Assembly: GCA_964409485.1 (NCBI GenBank)
Contig: CAYPDM010000002.1
Location: 1 to 60,058 of the forward strand
Direction of reading: 5' to 3'
Length of the DNA: 60,058 bases
Source: an uncultured Dehalococcoidaceae bacterium
Lineage (GTDB): Bacteria; Chloroflexota; Dehalococcoidia; Dehalococcoidales; RBG-16-60-22
The notes under the pieces were generated by a model that searched no databases, was not told the origin of the DNA, and saw only the letters and a list, made by a program, of their open reading frames with translations. How positions within the stretch are numbered: position 1 is the first letter of the stretch; every line of letters begins with the position of its first letter. Below are positions 8,773 to 17,801 of the stretch, piece after piece. The position numbers were made by a program, and so were the translations under genes.

Positions 8773-9447
8773 CTAAATCTCCAGCGTTAGCCCCGCGCCG
8801 CAGGCCGTGTACTGCTCCGGAAACATGTCCTCTATTTCCCGGGTGTGCTGCGTGCAGTGGCAGGGGCATATCAGGGAGAGTCCGTTAAGTCGGTGGAAGT
8901 CGTTGAAGCCGTGAAAGCCGCCGATTATCCCGTATAACGTGCCGTACCGCGAGGCGGCGTCGAGTATTTCCCCGACCCCCGGGTGCGAGCAGCCCGTTAC
9001 CACCACGATTCCCCTGGCGGTCTTAATCGCCAGTGATTGCTCGATTCGCTTGAGCTCGCCGGTGGATATGACCGACTCCGAGATGTTGACCGGCTGGCTG
9101 ACCGCCACCACGTCTATCCCCGTATTGCGGACGGATATCGAAGCCGGCAGGTATACCCGGGCGTGACTGTTGACTTCCAGGATGTCCGTAAGACCGCCGG
9201 TATGGTCACCGTGCGCGTGGGAGATGACGATTATCCCTATACGGTCGGGGTCGATGCCCAGCTGCTCCATGTTATACAGCAGCGAAGCCCCGTTGTCGCC
9301 CGTATCGAATAGAAGAAGCGGCGTATTTTCGGCTTCTATCAGGGCTGAAAACCCCCAGCCTTTTTTAAGCCCGGCCCTGGCCAGGCAGTTATCGTAGATT
9401 ATGGTTATTTTCATACAGTCGTACCTGATTTTACCCCGTTTATTCAT
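8773..9447 (-). CDS. MBL-fold metallo-hydrolase
   Basis: HAHGDHTGG motif. The alternative start MKITIIYDN at 9414 is probably the true one, since homologues of this fold start this way. Confidence 0.75.
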   Translation of the reverse strand: MNKRGKIRYDCMKITIIYDNCLARAGLKKGWGFSALIEAENTPLLLFDTGDNGASLLYNMEQLGIDPDRIGIIVISHAHGDHTGGLTDILEVNSHARVYLPASISVRNTGIDVVAVSQPVNISESVISTGELKRIEQSLAIKTARGIVVVTGCSHPGVGEILDAASRYGTLYGIIGGFHGFNDFHRLNGLSLICPCHCTQHTREIEDMFPEQYTACGAGLTLEI

Positions 9448-9514
9448 GCTTAATCAATCGGTTCGCGCCGGATGCCCTTTGAAGTATCGTTATTTATTGT
9501 GTAGAATAAAACTT

Positions 9515-10888
9515 ATGGAGAAGGAGTTCCGTAACCTGCCCGGCGTGGACAAAGTGCTCGCCGATGAGCGACTCGGCCCGTCCGGCGGTAAGTATCCGCA
9601 CGACCTGCTGGTAAGCGTTATCCGGCAGCGCCTGGAGCGGGAGCGACTGTCCGTAGCGGCGGGTAAGCCGTGCGCTTCACTGGACGATATAGTGTCCTCG
9701 GTATTGAGCGAGCTGGAAACCCTGGAAAAACCATCCCTCCGGCGTGTGGTCAACGCCTCCGGCGTGATACTGCATACCAACCTCGGCCGCGCCCCATTAA
9801 GCCGGGAAGCGTTGGCGACCATGAAAGCGGTCAGCGAAGGCTATTCCAACCTGGAGTTCAAGCTGGAAAGCGGCTCAAGGGGCGAGCGTCTCGTTCACGT
9901 GGAGGGGCTTTTGTGCCGGCTTACCGGCGCCGAGGCGGCCATCGTCGTCAATAACAATGCGGCAGCGGTTCTCCTCGGGCTGACGGCCCTGGCCCGGCGC
10001 AAGGAGGTCATTGTCTCGCGGGGGCAGGCGGTGGAAATCGGCGGCGGCTTTCGCATTCCCGATGTCATGCGCCAGAGCGGCGCTAAGCTTATCGAGGTGG
10101 GGACGACCAATTGCACTTATGCGCGCGACTTTGACCAGGCCGTAACCGGGCGTACGGTAGCCCTGATGCGCGTGCACTCCAGCAATTTTCAGCTGGTGGG
10201 CTTCACCAGCGAAGTCACCCTCGAGGAGCTGGTGGAAATCGGCAAAAAGAACGACCTCTTCGTCCTGGACGACCTTGGCAGCGGCTGCTTTCTGGACACG
10301 ACCGCGTACGGTCTTGCCCCGGAGCCGATGGTGCAGCAGAGCGTGCGCGCCGGCGCCGCCCTTACCTTTTTCTCCGGCGATAAGCTGGTGAGCGGACCGC
10401 AGGCGGGCATTATCGTCGGCGCCAGGGAATACGTGGACAAGTTGAGAAAACACCCGCTGGCTCGCGCCGTGCGGATCGATAAGACACGACTTGCCGGACT
10501 GGCGGTCACCCTCCTTCACTATCTTAAGGAAGAAGCCGCCGAGAAAATACCCGTGTGGCGCATGATTGCCGCCCCGCTTAAAGACATCGAACGGCGGGCC
10601 GCGCTCTGGGAGAAAGCCCTCGGCGGAATGGCCAGAGTGGTGCCGGGGGAGACCATGGTGGGTGGCGGCAGCCTGCCCGGCGGTAGTCTGCCGACACGGC
10701 TTTTAGCTGTCAGCGGGAGCGGTCGGAACACGGTTAAGGTAATCGGCGAGCGACTCCGCCTTCTGGAAGTGCCGGTCATCGGGCGTATCGATAAAGATGT
10801 GCTCCTCCTCGACCCGCGCACCGTCCTCCCGGAAGAAGACGATATTGTAATTAAATCGCTCAAAGATATCGCAAATAAACAAAAGTAA
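9515..10888 (+). CDS. selA: L-seryl-tRNA(Sec) selenium transferase
   Basis: Start taken at the internal ATG (MEKEFRNLPGVDKVL...); the ORF is open from 9401. PLP-lysine motif FFSGDKLVSGPQAGII. Followed directly by selB. Confidence 0.92.
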   Translation: MEKEFRNLPGVDKVLADERLGPSGGKYPHDLLVSVIRQRLERERLSVAAGKPCASLDDIVSSVLSELETLEKPSLRRVVNASGVILHTNLGRAPLSREALATMKAVSEGYSNLEFKLESGSRGERLVHVEGLLCRLTGAEAAIVVNNNAAAVLLGLTALARRKEVIVSRGQAVEIGGGFRIPDVMRQSGAKLIEVGTTNCTYARDFDQAVTGRTVALMRVHSSNFQLVGFTSEVTLEELVEIGKKNDLFVLDDLGSGCFLDTTAYGLAPEPMVQQSVRAGAALTFFSGDKLVSGPQAGIIVGAREYVDKLRKHPLARAVRIDKTRLAGLAVTLLHYLKEEAAEKIPVWRMIAAPLKDIERRAALWEKALGGMARVVPGETMVGGGSLPGGSLPTRLLAVSGSGRNTVKVIGERLRLLEVPVIGRIDKDVLLLDPRTVLPEEDDIVIKSLKDIANKQK

Positions 10889-10906
10889 TATGGATAGCGG
10901 TTCATC

Positions 10907-12757
10907 ATGTACGTACTTGGTACGGCCGGTCACATCGACCACGGCAAATCGGTTTTAGTCAAAGCCCTCACCGGGATAGACCCCGACCGCCTCCGCGAGG
11001 AGAAGGAGCGGGGCATGACCATCGAGCTCGGTTTTGCGTGGCTCAAGCTCCCCAGCGGACGCGAGGTGGGCATCGTCGATGTCCCCGGCCACGAGCGCTT
11101 TGTCAAGAACATGCTGGCGGGAGTCGGCGGCATCGACCTTGCCCTGCTCATCGTCGCCGCCAACGAAGGCGTCATGCCCCAGACCAGGGAGCACCTTGCC
11201 ATCCTGGACTTAATCGGCGTGAGTCGCGGCATCGTCGTTATTACCAAGAAAGACCTGGTGGACGATGAGTTTTTAAGCCTGGTCAGGATGGAAGTCGAGG
11301 AGATAATCGGCCAAACGTCCATCGCCGGGGCGGAAATTATGGCCGTCTCGGCGTTGACGGGCGAGAGGCTGCCGGAACTGGTGGCCGCCATCGATAAGCT
11401 GCTGGATACAACCGAGCCCAGGCAGGATTTTGGGCGCCCCCGACTTTCCATAGACAGGGTTTTCACCATGTCCGGTTCCGGAACGGTGGTCACCGGCACC
11501 CTGATTGACGGATCGCTTTCGGTGGGGCAGGAGGTGGAAATTGCCCCCTCCGGGCTAAAGTCGCGATTGCGCGGACTGCAGACGCATAAATCGAAAATCG
11601 ATACCGCCACCCCGGGAAGTCGCGTGGCGGCGAACCTGGTCGGGGTCAACACCTCCCGGTTGCAGCGCGGCGACGTCGTAACACGCCCCGGCTGGCTGAA
11701 GTCAACCCGCATGGTCACGGTCAAGCTCAAGCTCATTTCTTACTTGCAGCGTCCCATCCGGCACGGCACCACGGTCAGCTTTCATACCGGGTCGGTGGAA
11801 ACGCTGGCTAAAGTCCGCCTCCTGGAAAGTGACGATTTAAAGCCGGGAGATTCTACCTGGGCGCAGCTCGCGCTGGACAGGCCGGTGGCCGCCGTCAAAG
11901 GCGACCGCTATATTATACGCTCGCCCATGGAGACCCTGGGAGGCGGCGGTATTGTCGACGCGCAGGCCAGGCGACTGCGCCGCTTCCGACCCGAGGTCAT
12001 TAACAATTTGATGGCCAGGGAGGGGGGCACGTCCGAAGAGGTGATTCTGGCGCTGCTCGAGACGAAGCAGCCGCTGGAGCTTGCCGCCATAGTAGCCCAG
12101 AGCAATCTCCCCGCCGGTGAAGCCGGTTCCACCGTAGAGTCGCTTATTCAGGAAGGACGGCTGGTCGCCTTGGGCGAAGGCAGGCAAAAGCTGCTTCTCA
12201 CATCAGCCGGCTGGGAGCGACTCGCCGGTAAGGCGGTGGCGGCCCTCGAGGACTATCACCGCAGGTACCCGGCGCGCTCCGGCATGCCTAAAGTGGAGCT
12301 GACAAGCCGTCTTAAGCTGGGCAACTATGTTTCGGCGGCATTGGCAAATCTCGTCAGTCGGGGCGACCTCGTCGAGGACGGCGGCTATCTTCGCCTGCCT
12401 TCACACAGCGTCCGGCTGACTCCCGCCCAGCAGTCGAAAATCGATGCTTTCTTAAAATCGCTGGCGGATAACCCTTACTCTCCCCCCAGCGAGCTGATAC
12501 CGGAACCCGACCTCCTCAACATGCTCATCGAGCAGGGCGGGGTGGTAAAGGTCAGCGATAGCGTCGTCTTTTCAAGAACTACTTACGATGAAATGCTGGC
12601 TAAAATCAAGGATAGCATTAAAGGCAAGGGCAAGATAACTCTGGGGGAAACACGGGACATGTTCGGGGCCAGCCGCAAGTACGCCCAGGCCTTGCTTGAA
12701 TACCTGGACAGAGAAAAAATAACCCGCCGCGTCGGCGATGACCGGGTGCTGTACTAG
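10907..12757 (+). CDS. selB: selenocysteine-specific translation elongation factor
   Basis: 616 aa. G-domain [20 protein letters not shown], plus a long winged-helix C-terminal extension typical of bacterial SelB. Confidence 0.93.
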   Translation: MYVLGTAGHIDHGKSVLVKALTGIDPDRLREEKERGMTIELGFAWLKLPSGREVGIVDVPGHERFVKNMLAGVGGIDLALLIVAANEGVMPQTREHLAILDLIGVSRGIVVITKKDLVDDEFLSLVRMEVEEIIGQTSIAGAEIMAVSALTGERLPELVAAIDKLLDTTEPRQDFGRPRLSIDRVFTMSGSGTVVTGTLIDGSLSVGQEVEIAPSGLKSRLRGLQTHKSKIDTATPGSRVAANLVGVNTSRLQRGDVVTRPGWLKSTRMVTVKLKLISYLQRPIRHGTTVSFHTGSVETLAKVRLLESDDLKPGDSTWAQLALDRPVAAVKGDRYIIRSPMETLGGGGIVDAQARRLRRFRPEVINNLMAREGGTSEEVILALLETKQPLELAAIVAQSNLPAGEAGSTVESLIQEGRLVALGEGRQKLLLTSAGWERLAGKAVAALEDYHRRYPARSGMPKVELTSRLKLGNYVSAALANLVSRGDLVEDGGYLRLPSHSVRLTPAQQSKIDAFLKSLADNPYSPPSELIPEPDLLNMLIEQGGVVKVSDSVVFSRTTYDEMLAKIKDSIKGKGKITLGETRDMFGASRKYAQALLEYLDREKITRRVGDDRVLY

Positions 12758-12763
12758 CCTTAT

Positions 12764-12791
12764 TGTCATTCCCGCGAAAGCGGGAATCCAG
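12764..12791. repeat. dRS3-like palindrome TGTCATTCCCGC-GAAA-GCGGGAATCCAG (possible selB terminator hairpin)
   Basis: Perfect 8-bp stem ATTCCCGC/GCGGGAAT with a GAAA loop, 7 nt after the selB stop. Related copy at 22306-22334. Confidence 0.7.
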
Positions 12792-12808
12792 TGTTCGTAT
12801 GGCCACCA

Positions 12809-13058
12809 CTCCCACCCACTCGTTTGATATCTTTTCTCACCCGCGCCGCCCTCGCATCATCTACGGCTTAGTCCAAAGAGATATAACCTCCATATTATGA
12901 AACGGGGAGTCCGCAGCGATAGGGGGCGAATATTATATAAGGGGCGTATAAGAGGGGCGAAGCCCCTCTTTCTATATATTTCCCCCTTCCCTTCACAAAT
13001 ATCCTAAAGGGAAGGGGGTTAGGGGGATAGATTTAATTAAAATACAGGGGGAGAGGTA
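12809..13058 (+). repeat. full-length composite intergenic element, copy A (twin of 52675-52925)
   Basis: 12827-13030 equals 52695-52898 except for one base. Hairpins at 12950-12970 and 12982-13018. C-rich left end and G-rich right end. Confidence 0.85.
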
Positions 13059-13138
13059 AAATAAAATTTCAATCCGGCAGGATACTATTTGCAGTTTGTT
13101 GTATAATATCTCTATCCGGTTAAAGGAGGGCGTTCGCC

Positions 13139-14236
13139 ATGTGGGGATGGTTTGTGGATAACAGCGTATGGATTCTCATCTTAGCCAGCATATTGGTCGT
13201 TGTACTCCTCTTTTTCAATGACAGGATTAGGGACTGGTTTGGCAAAATCGAACCGGAGAAATGGCAGAAAAAACTCTGGGGGAATATCACCGCCATCTTC
13301 TGGATTATCGAGGGAATCGCCATCGTTATTATGGTGATGGCGTTTATGGCCCTCGCCCTGGCCCAGGAAGGCAAGCGCGCCCTCGCCATGCCGGACTTGG
13401 TTAAGGTATGGTTTATCGGCCACGGACTGACCATTGTCATCATTCTGGTAGTGGGAATTATACTTTGGATATTACTTAAAAAGACTGTCCCGCCGCTGGT
13501 ACGTCGCATCATGACCAGGCCCCAGAAAGGCGAGAGCCGGGAAGGACTCAAGCGACGGGCTGATACCTTGCAGGGTGTGTTCCTGGGTATAGGCCGCATT
13601 ATTATTATTCTGCTGGTAATCTTCATGATACTGTCGGAGCTCAATGTCTCCATCGGCCCTATTCTGGCCGGCTTCGGTGTAGCCGGTATCGCCATTGGTT
13701 TCGGCGCGCAGTACCTGATAAGAGACCTTATCGCCGGCGTCTTTATCCTGATGGAAAACCAGTACCGCGTCGGTGATGTCGCCAGGGTGGCCGACGTCGC
13801 CGGACTGGTGGAAGAAATTAACTTGAGAAAGACGGTGTTGCGTGACCTGGACGGCATCGTGCACCATATACCCAACGGCGAAATACGGGTAGCCAGCAAC
13901 TACTCCAGGCACTTCGCCAGGGTCAACCTCAATGTCTCCGTGGCCTATGGGACCGACCTTAATTATGCCATTGAGGTTATCAACCGTGTCTGTAAAGAAA
14001 TGGCCGGGGAAGCGGAGTGGAAGACCGTTTTCAGGTCGGTACCCCAGGTGCTCCGGGTGGATAGTCTCGGCGATTCCGGTATAGATATCAAGATTCTTGG
14101 CGATGTCCAGCCCCTCCAGCAGTGGAATGTCATGGGTCAGCTGCGACTTCGCATCAAGAATGAGTTCGATAAGGTAGGTATCGAGATACCCTGGCCTCAT
14201 ACCAAGCTGTACTTCGGCAATAAGCCGGGGGATTAA
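13139..14236 (+). CDS. small-conductance mechanosensitive channel (MscS family)
   Basis: 365 aa. AAGGAGG RBS. N-terminal TM helices, then MscS core ENQYRVGDVARVADVAGLVEEINLRKTVLRDLDGIVHHIPNGEI. Confidence 0.9.
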   Translation: MWGWFVDNSVWILILASILVVVLLFFNDRIRDWFGKIEPEKWQKKLWGNITAIFWIIEGIAIVIMVMAFMALALAQEGKRALAMPDLVKVWFIGHGLTIVIILVVGIILWILLKKTVPPLVRRIMTRPQKGESREGLKRRADTLQGVFLGIGRIIIILLVIFMILSELNVSIGPILAGFGVAGIAIGFGAQYLIRDLIAGVFILMENQYRVGDVARVADVAGLVEEINLRKTVLRDLDGIVHHIPNGEIRVASNYSRHFARVNLNVSVAYGTDLNYAIEVINRVCKEMAGEAEWKTVFRSVPQVLRVDSLGDSGIDIKILGDVQPLQQWNVMGQLRLRIKNEFDKVGIEIPWPHTKLYFGNKPGD

Positions 14237-14294
14237 GGTATAATATATATACGGGTAATCAATTCGTAATCTTTCGTACTGGAGAGGATGGAGC

Positions 14295-14759
14295 ATGTAT
14301 ACCAAGATACTGATCCCGCTCGACGGCTCGGAAATGGCCGAATGTGTCATCCCCTATGTGAAATGGTTTAAAAAGGTCTCTCATGTTGACGAAATTATCT
14401 TCCTGCGCGTGGTGGAGCCATTTCGTGTGGCCGGCGGCCTGGAAGCCCAGGTAATCCCTGAAGATAAAGAGCATATTGAACAGGATGCCGTTAAACTGGC
14501 CAGGCAATATCTGGAGAAAATGGCCGGCAAGTTTGAAGACGGTAAAATCAAGATAACGCCGGTAATAAAGCTGGGTAAGCCCTCTAAAATAATCTCTGAA
14601 TACGTAGGTAAAAGCAGCGTTGACCTTATTATCATGGCCACTCACGGGTTCTCGGGGATTCACCGCTGGGTGAAAGGAAGCATTGCGGATGAGATTGTCC
14701 ACGCTGCAAAAGTGCCGGTCTTACTCGTAAAACCGGAGGACAGGCCGCCGGATAAATAA
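14295..14759 (+). CDS. universal stress protein (UspA family)
   Basis: 154 aa. MYTKILIPLDGSE... and C-terminal ATP-binding type motif IIMATHGFSGIHRWVKGSIADEIVHAAKVPVLLV. Confidence 0.9.
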   Translation: MYTKILIPLDGSEMAECVIPYVKWFKKVSHVDEIIFLRVVEPFRVAGGLEAQVIPEDKEHIEQDAVKLARQYLEKMAGKFEDGKIKITPVIKLGKPSKIISEYVGKSSVDLIIMATHGFSGIHRWVKGSIADEIVHAAKVPVLLVKPEDRPPDK

Positions 14760-14843
14760 AAAGCCCGCCAGCAGTGGATTTGCATGTAAGACTTGTTTCC
14801 CGGTTTTAGCTGGCGAGCTTGTTGCTTTAAATTGATACGTGAC

Positions 14844-15281
14844 CTACACGTAGCCTCCGGCAATATAATCATTCAAATAGCGGACCTGGCTGTGGCACTC
14901 GGTAAGCCTTTCCTCGATAACGTCTCTGATTGAAAGCATGCCGATAACTCTGGGTCCTACCATTACCGGGAGATGCCTCACGCCTTTTTCCGTCATTGTT
15001 GACAGGATTTCCTCTAGCTCGTCTTCAGGTATTCCAACGAGAACATCCGTGGTCATCAGGTCTTTAACCTTGGCACCGGTAATATCCCTGCCCCGCTCGT
15101 GCAGGCCCTTGAGTATATCTCTTTCGGAGATAATTCCCACCAGCTTACCGTCGCTCCCGCATACCGGCAGGGCGCCTATTTTATGATCGAAGAGTGTATC
15201 TATCACCTGTGTAATAGAATCGTTGGGCCCAACTGTAACAACTTCCCGTCCTTTTATCCGGCGTATTTCCTTGATTTTCAT
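14844..15281 (-). CDS. CBS-domain pair protein
   Basis: Two CBS repeats. Start placed at the second ATG (MKIKEIRR...), which follows AGGGGTGA; the ORF is open to 15311. Confidence 0.85.
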   Translation of the reverse strand: MKIKEIRRIKGREVVTVGPNDSITQVIDTLFDHKIGALPVCGSDGKLVGIISERDILKGLHERGRDITGAKVKDLMTTDVLVGIPEDELEEILSTMTEKGVRHLPVMVGPRVIGMLSIRDVIEERLTECHSQVRYLNDYIAGGYV

Positions 15282-15464
15282 GGTGTTATCACCCCTTTCG
15301 TAAAGAGTCATAATTTGCGTGATATAGAATAATTTTACATAGGGCGTGCGGGCTTGTATGTGACTTTTGTATCATTAAAGAAGGGGAAACGCGTGAGGGA
15401 AGAAATACAGGGAGAAGAAGTCAGCGGTTGTTTTTTAAGAAAGACTTAAGACGGTTGGCAGAAA

Positions 15465-16589
15465 TTACCGGGTGTCTTTAAATACCAGGCGGATGTTCTC
15501 ATCCGTTTCGGTAACCACTTCCTCCACCAGTGGCAGGTTGTTCAATATATCCAGCAGCGGCAGCGGTTCCTTTATATCGAATAGTACCGACATCTCTTTT
15601 TCAGAGGCGCATTCCTGCAGGTACTTAATGCCGTGTATGCGGACCAGGTATTTTTTCAGGTTTTTCAGGTACTGGTAGTCGAACGATGTCGATATTGCCC
15701 TCATCTCTACCTGGCCGATAAAGAACGAGGGGTTTACGCTGTTGCCGTTCTTTTTATCCCCGATCAGCCGTACCTCCAGCATGGGATTTTCAGATAGTTC
15801 TCTGCTTTTATCCGGAGAAGCCGGTATTATCTTCTCTTCTTCTGTTGTTATCATGGTAGCCTGCTCGAGTTTCTTCTGGGCATCCGTGATGGCCTTGGCC
15901 AGCTCTCCGGTTTCCGACTGTAGTCTTTCCTCGAATTCACCTATCGTGTTCCTGGCTCTATCGACGATTTCCGTGACGAGCCCGTTGATTTCATTGCTGT
16001 TCGTCACGATTTCTGCCATCATCTTTTCGGCCTTTCCCCGCGCCTCCGCCACGATACGGGAAGATTCTTCCCGCGTATCATCCCGGGCCTTCTCCGTTAT
16101 TTCCCTGATGATTTCCTCGATTTCGGCCCTTTGCGCAGCCATGATATCGCTTTTTTCTCTTTCGGCTAATTGCGCGGCCTGCGTAATGATTACCTCGGCC
16201 TCTTTTTTAGCTTTACCGATTATTTTATCTACCTGCTCACGGGTCTTTTTCTTGGCTTCCTTCTTAATATTATCTTCCGCTTCGCTGGTTATCTGCTGCG
16301 CTTTACGCTTGGCCTCTTTAATAATCTCAACCGATTCTTTTTCGGATGGCCATATTACCTCGACCGGTCTCCGGTCCGGTTCGGGTTCAATCCGGGAGAG
16401 GACTTCATCGTGTTCCCCGGTATCGACTTCTTCGGTAACGTCCGGTTCATCGGCAACACCGATTATCCCGTTGATGGACTCAAGATTTTTCTCCGTCTTC
16501 CGCGTAATTGCGTCTATCTTGGCGCGATACTCGTCGAAAATCCTGGTGAATTCGTCTTTATTAAATTGTGAGTTGTCGGATTTAGCCAT
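15465..16589 (-). CDS. hypothetical coiled-coil protein: K/E-rich, ATP-synthase-b/E-like heptads plus a globular ~110-aa C-terminal domain
   Basis: 374 aa. A GGGGA precedes the ATG. The central 200 aa is a repetitive A/E/K/R helix. The C-terminus (PMLEVRLIGDKK...IRLVFKDTR) is not low-complexity. The antisense Ser-rich ORF 15742..16629 is judged a shadow. Confidence 0.6.
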   Translation of the reverse strand: MAKSDNSQFNKDEFTRIFDEYRAKIDAITRKTEKNLESINGIIGVADEPDVTEEVDTGEHDEVLSRIEPEPDRRPVEVIWPSEKESVEIIKEAKRKAQQITSEAEDNIKKEAKKKTREQVDKIIGKAKKEAEVIITQAAQLAEREKSDIMAAQRAEIEEIIREITEKARDDTREESSRIVAEARGKAEKMMAEIVTNSNEINGLVTEIVDRARNTIGEFEERLQSETGELAKAITDAQKKLEQATMITTEEEKIIPASPDKSRELSENPMLEVRLIGDKKNGNSVNPSFFIGQVEMRAISTSFDYQYLKNLKKYLVRIHGIKYLQECASEKEMSVLFDIKEPLPLLDILNNLPLVEEVVTETDENIRLVFKDTR

Positions 16590-16851
16590 TTCCCCTGATT
16601 TTCCAACGGGTTATTTTACATATCAGTAGTGATGAAAATTACGTATATATATATTTTATCGCATATCTTCCGGGCTTGATATAGCTAGATAGTACCATGT
16701 AGGAATTTATTACGCCGTACGTAAGTCAGGTATCTGGCTGTTAATACGGTTACCAGTAATTCCTATACCCGCTATTACTAAAGAACCATATACAATAATC
16801 GGCCTCAAGGGTTAAAATTAATGTAATAAGGTTTTTCCACAGGTCAGTATC

Positions 16852-16980
16852 ATGATTGATGTGACGGAACGGGCCAAAGGAGAACTGAAGAAACTGCTGG
16901 ACTCCAGACTAGATAGAGTAATGCTCGATGTTGATAATACGGCGGATGGCGTTGAACTCGTTATCTGTGAACTGGCTTAA
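16852..16980 (+). CDS. 42-aa HesB/IscA-like N-terminal fragment, truncated paralogue of 17270..17611 (possibly a gene remnant)
   Basis: MIDVTERAKGELKKLLDS compared with MIYVTNEAKQELRNLLPA of the 113-aa ORF. Weak RBS. Confidence 0.3.
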   Translation: MIDVTERAKGELKKLLDSRLDRVMLDVDNTADGVELVICELA

Positions 16981-17007
16981 TTGCGATGATAAGAGGAGTC
17001 GAAATTC

Positions 17008-17241
17008 GTGCTTAAAACCGATGAATATCTTAGACAGGCTGCGTATAATTTCCAGCTTGCTGAAGCTTGGTTAACGGAGGCCGAGGAGCAGTTGCACAGC
17101 CTTGTCGGCAGGCTGGAAGAATGTGCGGAGCTTATAAAAAGTATCCCGAAGGATGAGCATATCCTCTGGGAGCAGGTAGATACTATCGTTCAGGAGAATC
17201 AGCTCTATGACGCTAAAAAACTGGAGCCGGTTGGTTCTTAA
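17008..17241 (+). CDS. hypothetical helical protein (77 aa)
   Basis: GTG start preceded by AGAGGAG. No recognisable motif. Confidence 0.45.
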   Translation: MLKTDEYLRQAAYNFQLAEAWLTEAEEQLHSLVGRLEECAELIKSIPKDEHILWEQVDTIVQENQLYDAKKLEPVGS

Positions 17242-17269
17242 CGAGGGCAGGAAGGAGGCTTGGTAATAA

Positions 17270-17611
17270 ATGATATATGTAACTAATGAGGCTAAACAGG
17301 AACTAAGAAATCTGCTTCCTGCCGGTCACGCCATGCCGGAAGCGTATCTGCGCGTCATAGACAGAGGCCACGGCAAGCTGGAACTGGACACGGGTGCGAT
17401 GAGCCCGGACGACCAGGTGGTGGAATATGATGGGGCGGTACTGTTAATCGCCGAACACAGGTTCGCCTCTGCTGATGATAATATCTCGCTGGATGCGTAT
17501 GCCACTTCCGAAGGGCACAGGCTCGTTATCAGCGAGGAAATTATTAATCAGTCATCCCGGTCCGTGACGGTCAACTGGGTAAACCTGCCGCAGGTTCCCT
17601 GCCCGGCGTAA
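17270..17611 (+). CDS. HesB/IscA-fold-like protein without the cluster-ligating Cys triad
   Basis: 113 aa. Strong RBS AGGAAGGAGG. The N-terminus MIYVTNEAKQELRNLL resembles IscA/HesB, but CGCG-type ligands are absent. Confidence 0.55.
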   Translation: MIYVTNEAKQELRNLLPAGHAMPEAYLRVIDRGHGKLELDTGAMSPDDQVVEYDGAVLLIAEHRFASADDNISLDAYATSEGHRLVISEEIINQSSRSVTVNWVNLPQVPCPA

Positions 17612-17675
17612 CTCCCCGCTTGCCCCTCCATAATTCGCCCCCGCGTGCCCGCGCACGTGCGTATGACCCTGTTTT

Positions 17676-17699
17676 CCCCGCCGCCGGGGATATTTTTTT
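17676..17699 (+). terminator. candidate intrinsic terminator after 17270..17611
   Basis: CCCCG-CCGC-CGGGG hairpin followed by ATATTTTTTT. Confidence 0.4.
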
Positions 17700-17801
17700 A
17701 TAACCACCTTCGGTATTGAGATATTAGTCATATCCCCGGGGTGTATAATATGTTTAGAATTAGTAATATAACACGGGAAGTATCAAGCGGGGAGGCTCAA
17801 T

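Noticed and set aside
12897-13007. 36-codon ATG ORF (MKRGVRSDRGRILYKGRIRGAKPLFLYISPFPSQIS) conserved in both twin repeat copies
   Set aside because: There is no SD (the upstream AACCTCC is the complement of one). The reading frame runs through two perfect hairpins. The diverged family members do not keep the frame. Conservation is explained by the DNA/RNA element itself.
13120-14350. Two long minus-strand ORFs (13120..13899 and 13472..14350) opposite the MscS gene
   Set aside because: The plus-strand product has TM helices plus the conserved MscS beta-domain sequence and a strong AAGGAGG RBS. The antisense frames show no family features.
15742-16629. 295-aa Ser/Phe/Leu-rich plus-strand ORF opposite the coiled-coil gene
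   Set aside because: Its composition is the complement of GAA/AAG-rich codons. The minus-strand frame has an SD-like GGGGA and a non-repetitive C-terminal domain. This call is less certain than the other shadow-ORF calls.
16852-17611. HesB-like ORFs near tRNA-Sec as possible HesB-like selenoproteins
   Set aside because: Neither ORF contains or is interrupted by an in-frame UGA (stops are TAA), and no same-frame extension exists across a UGA.
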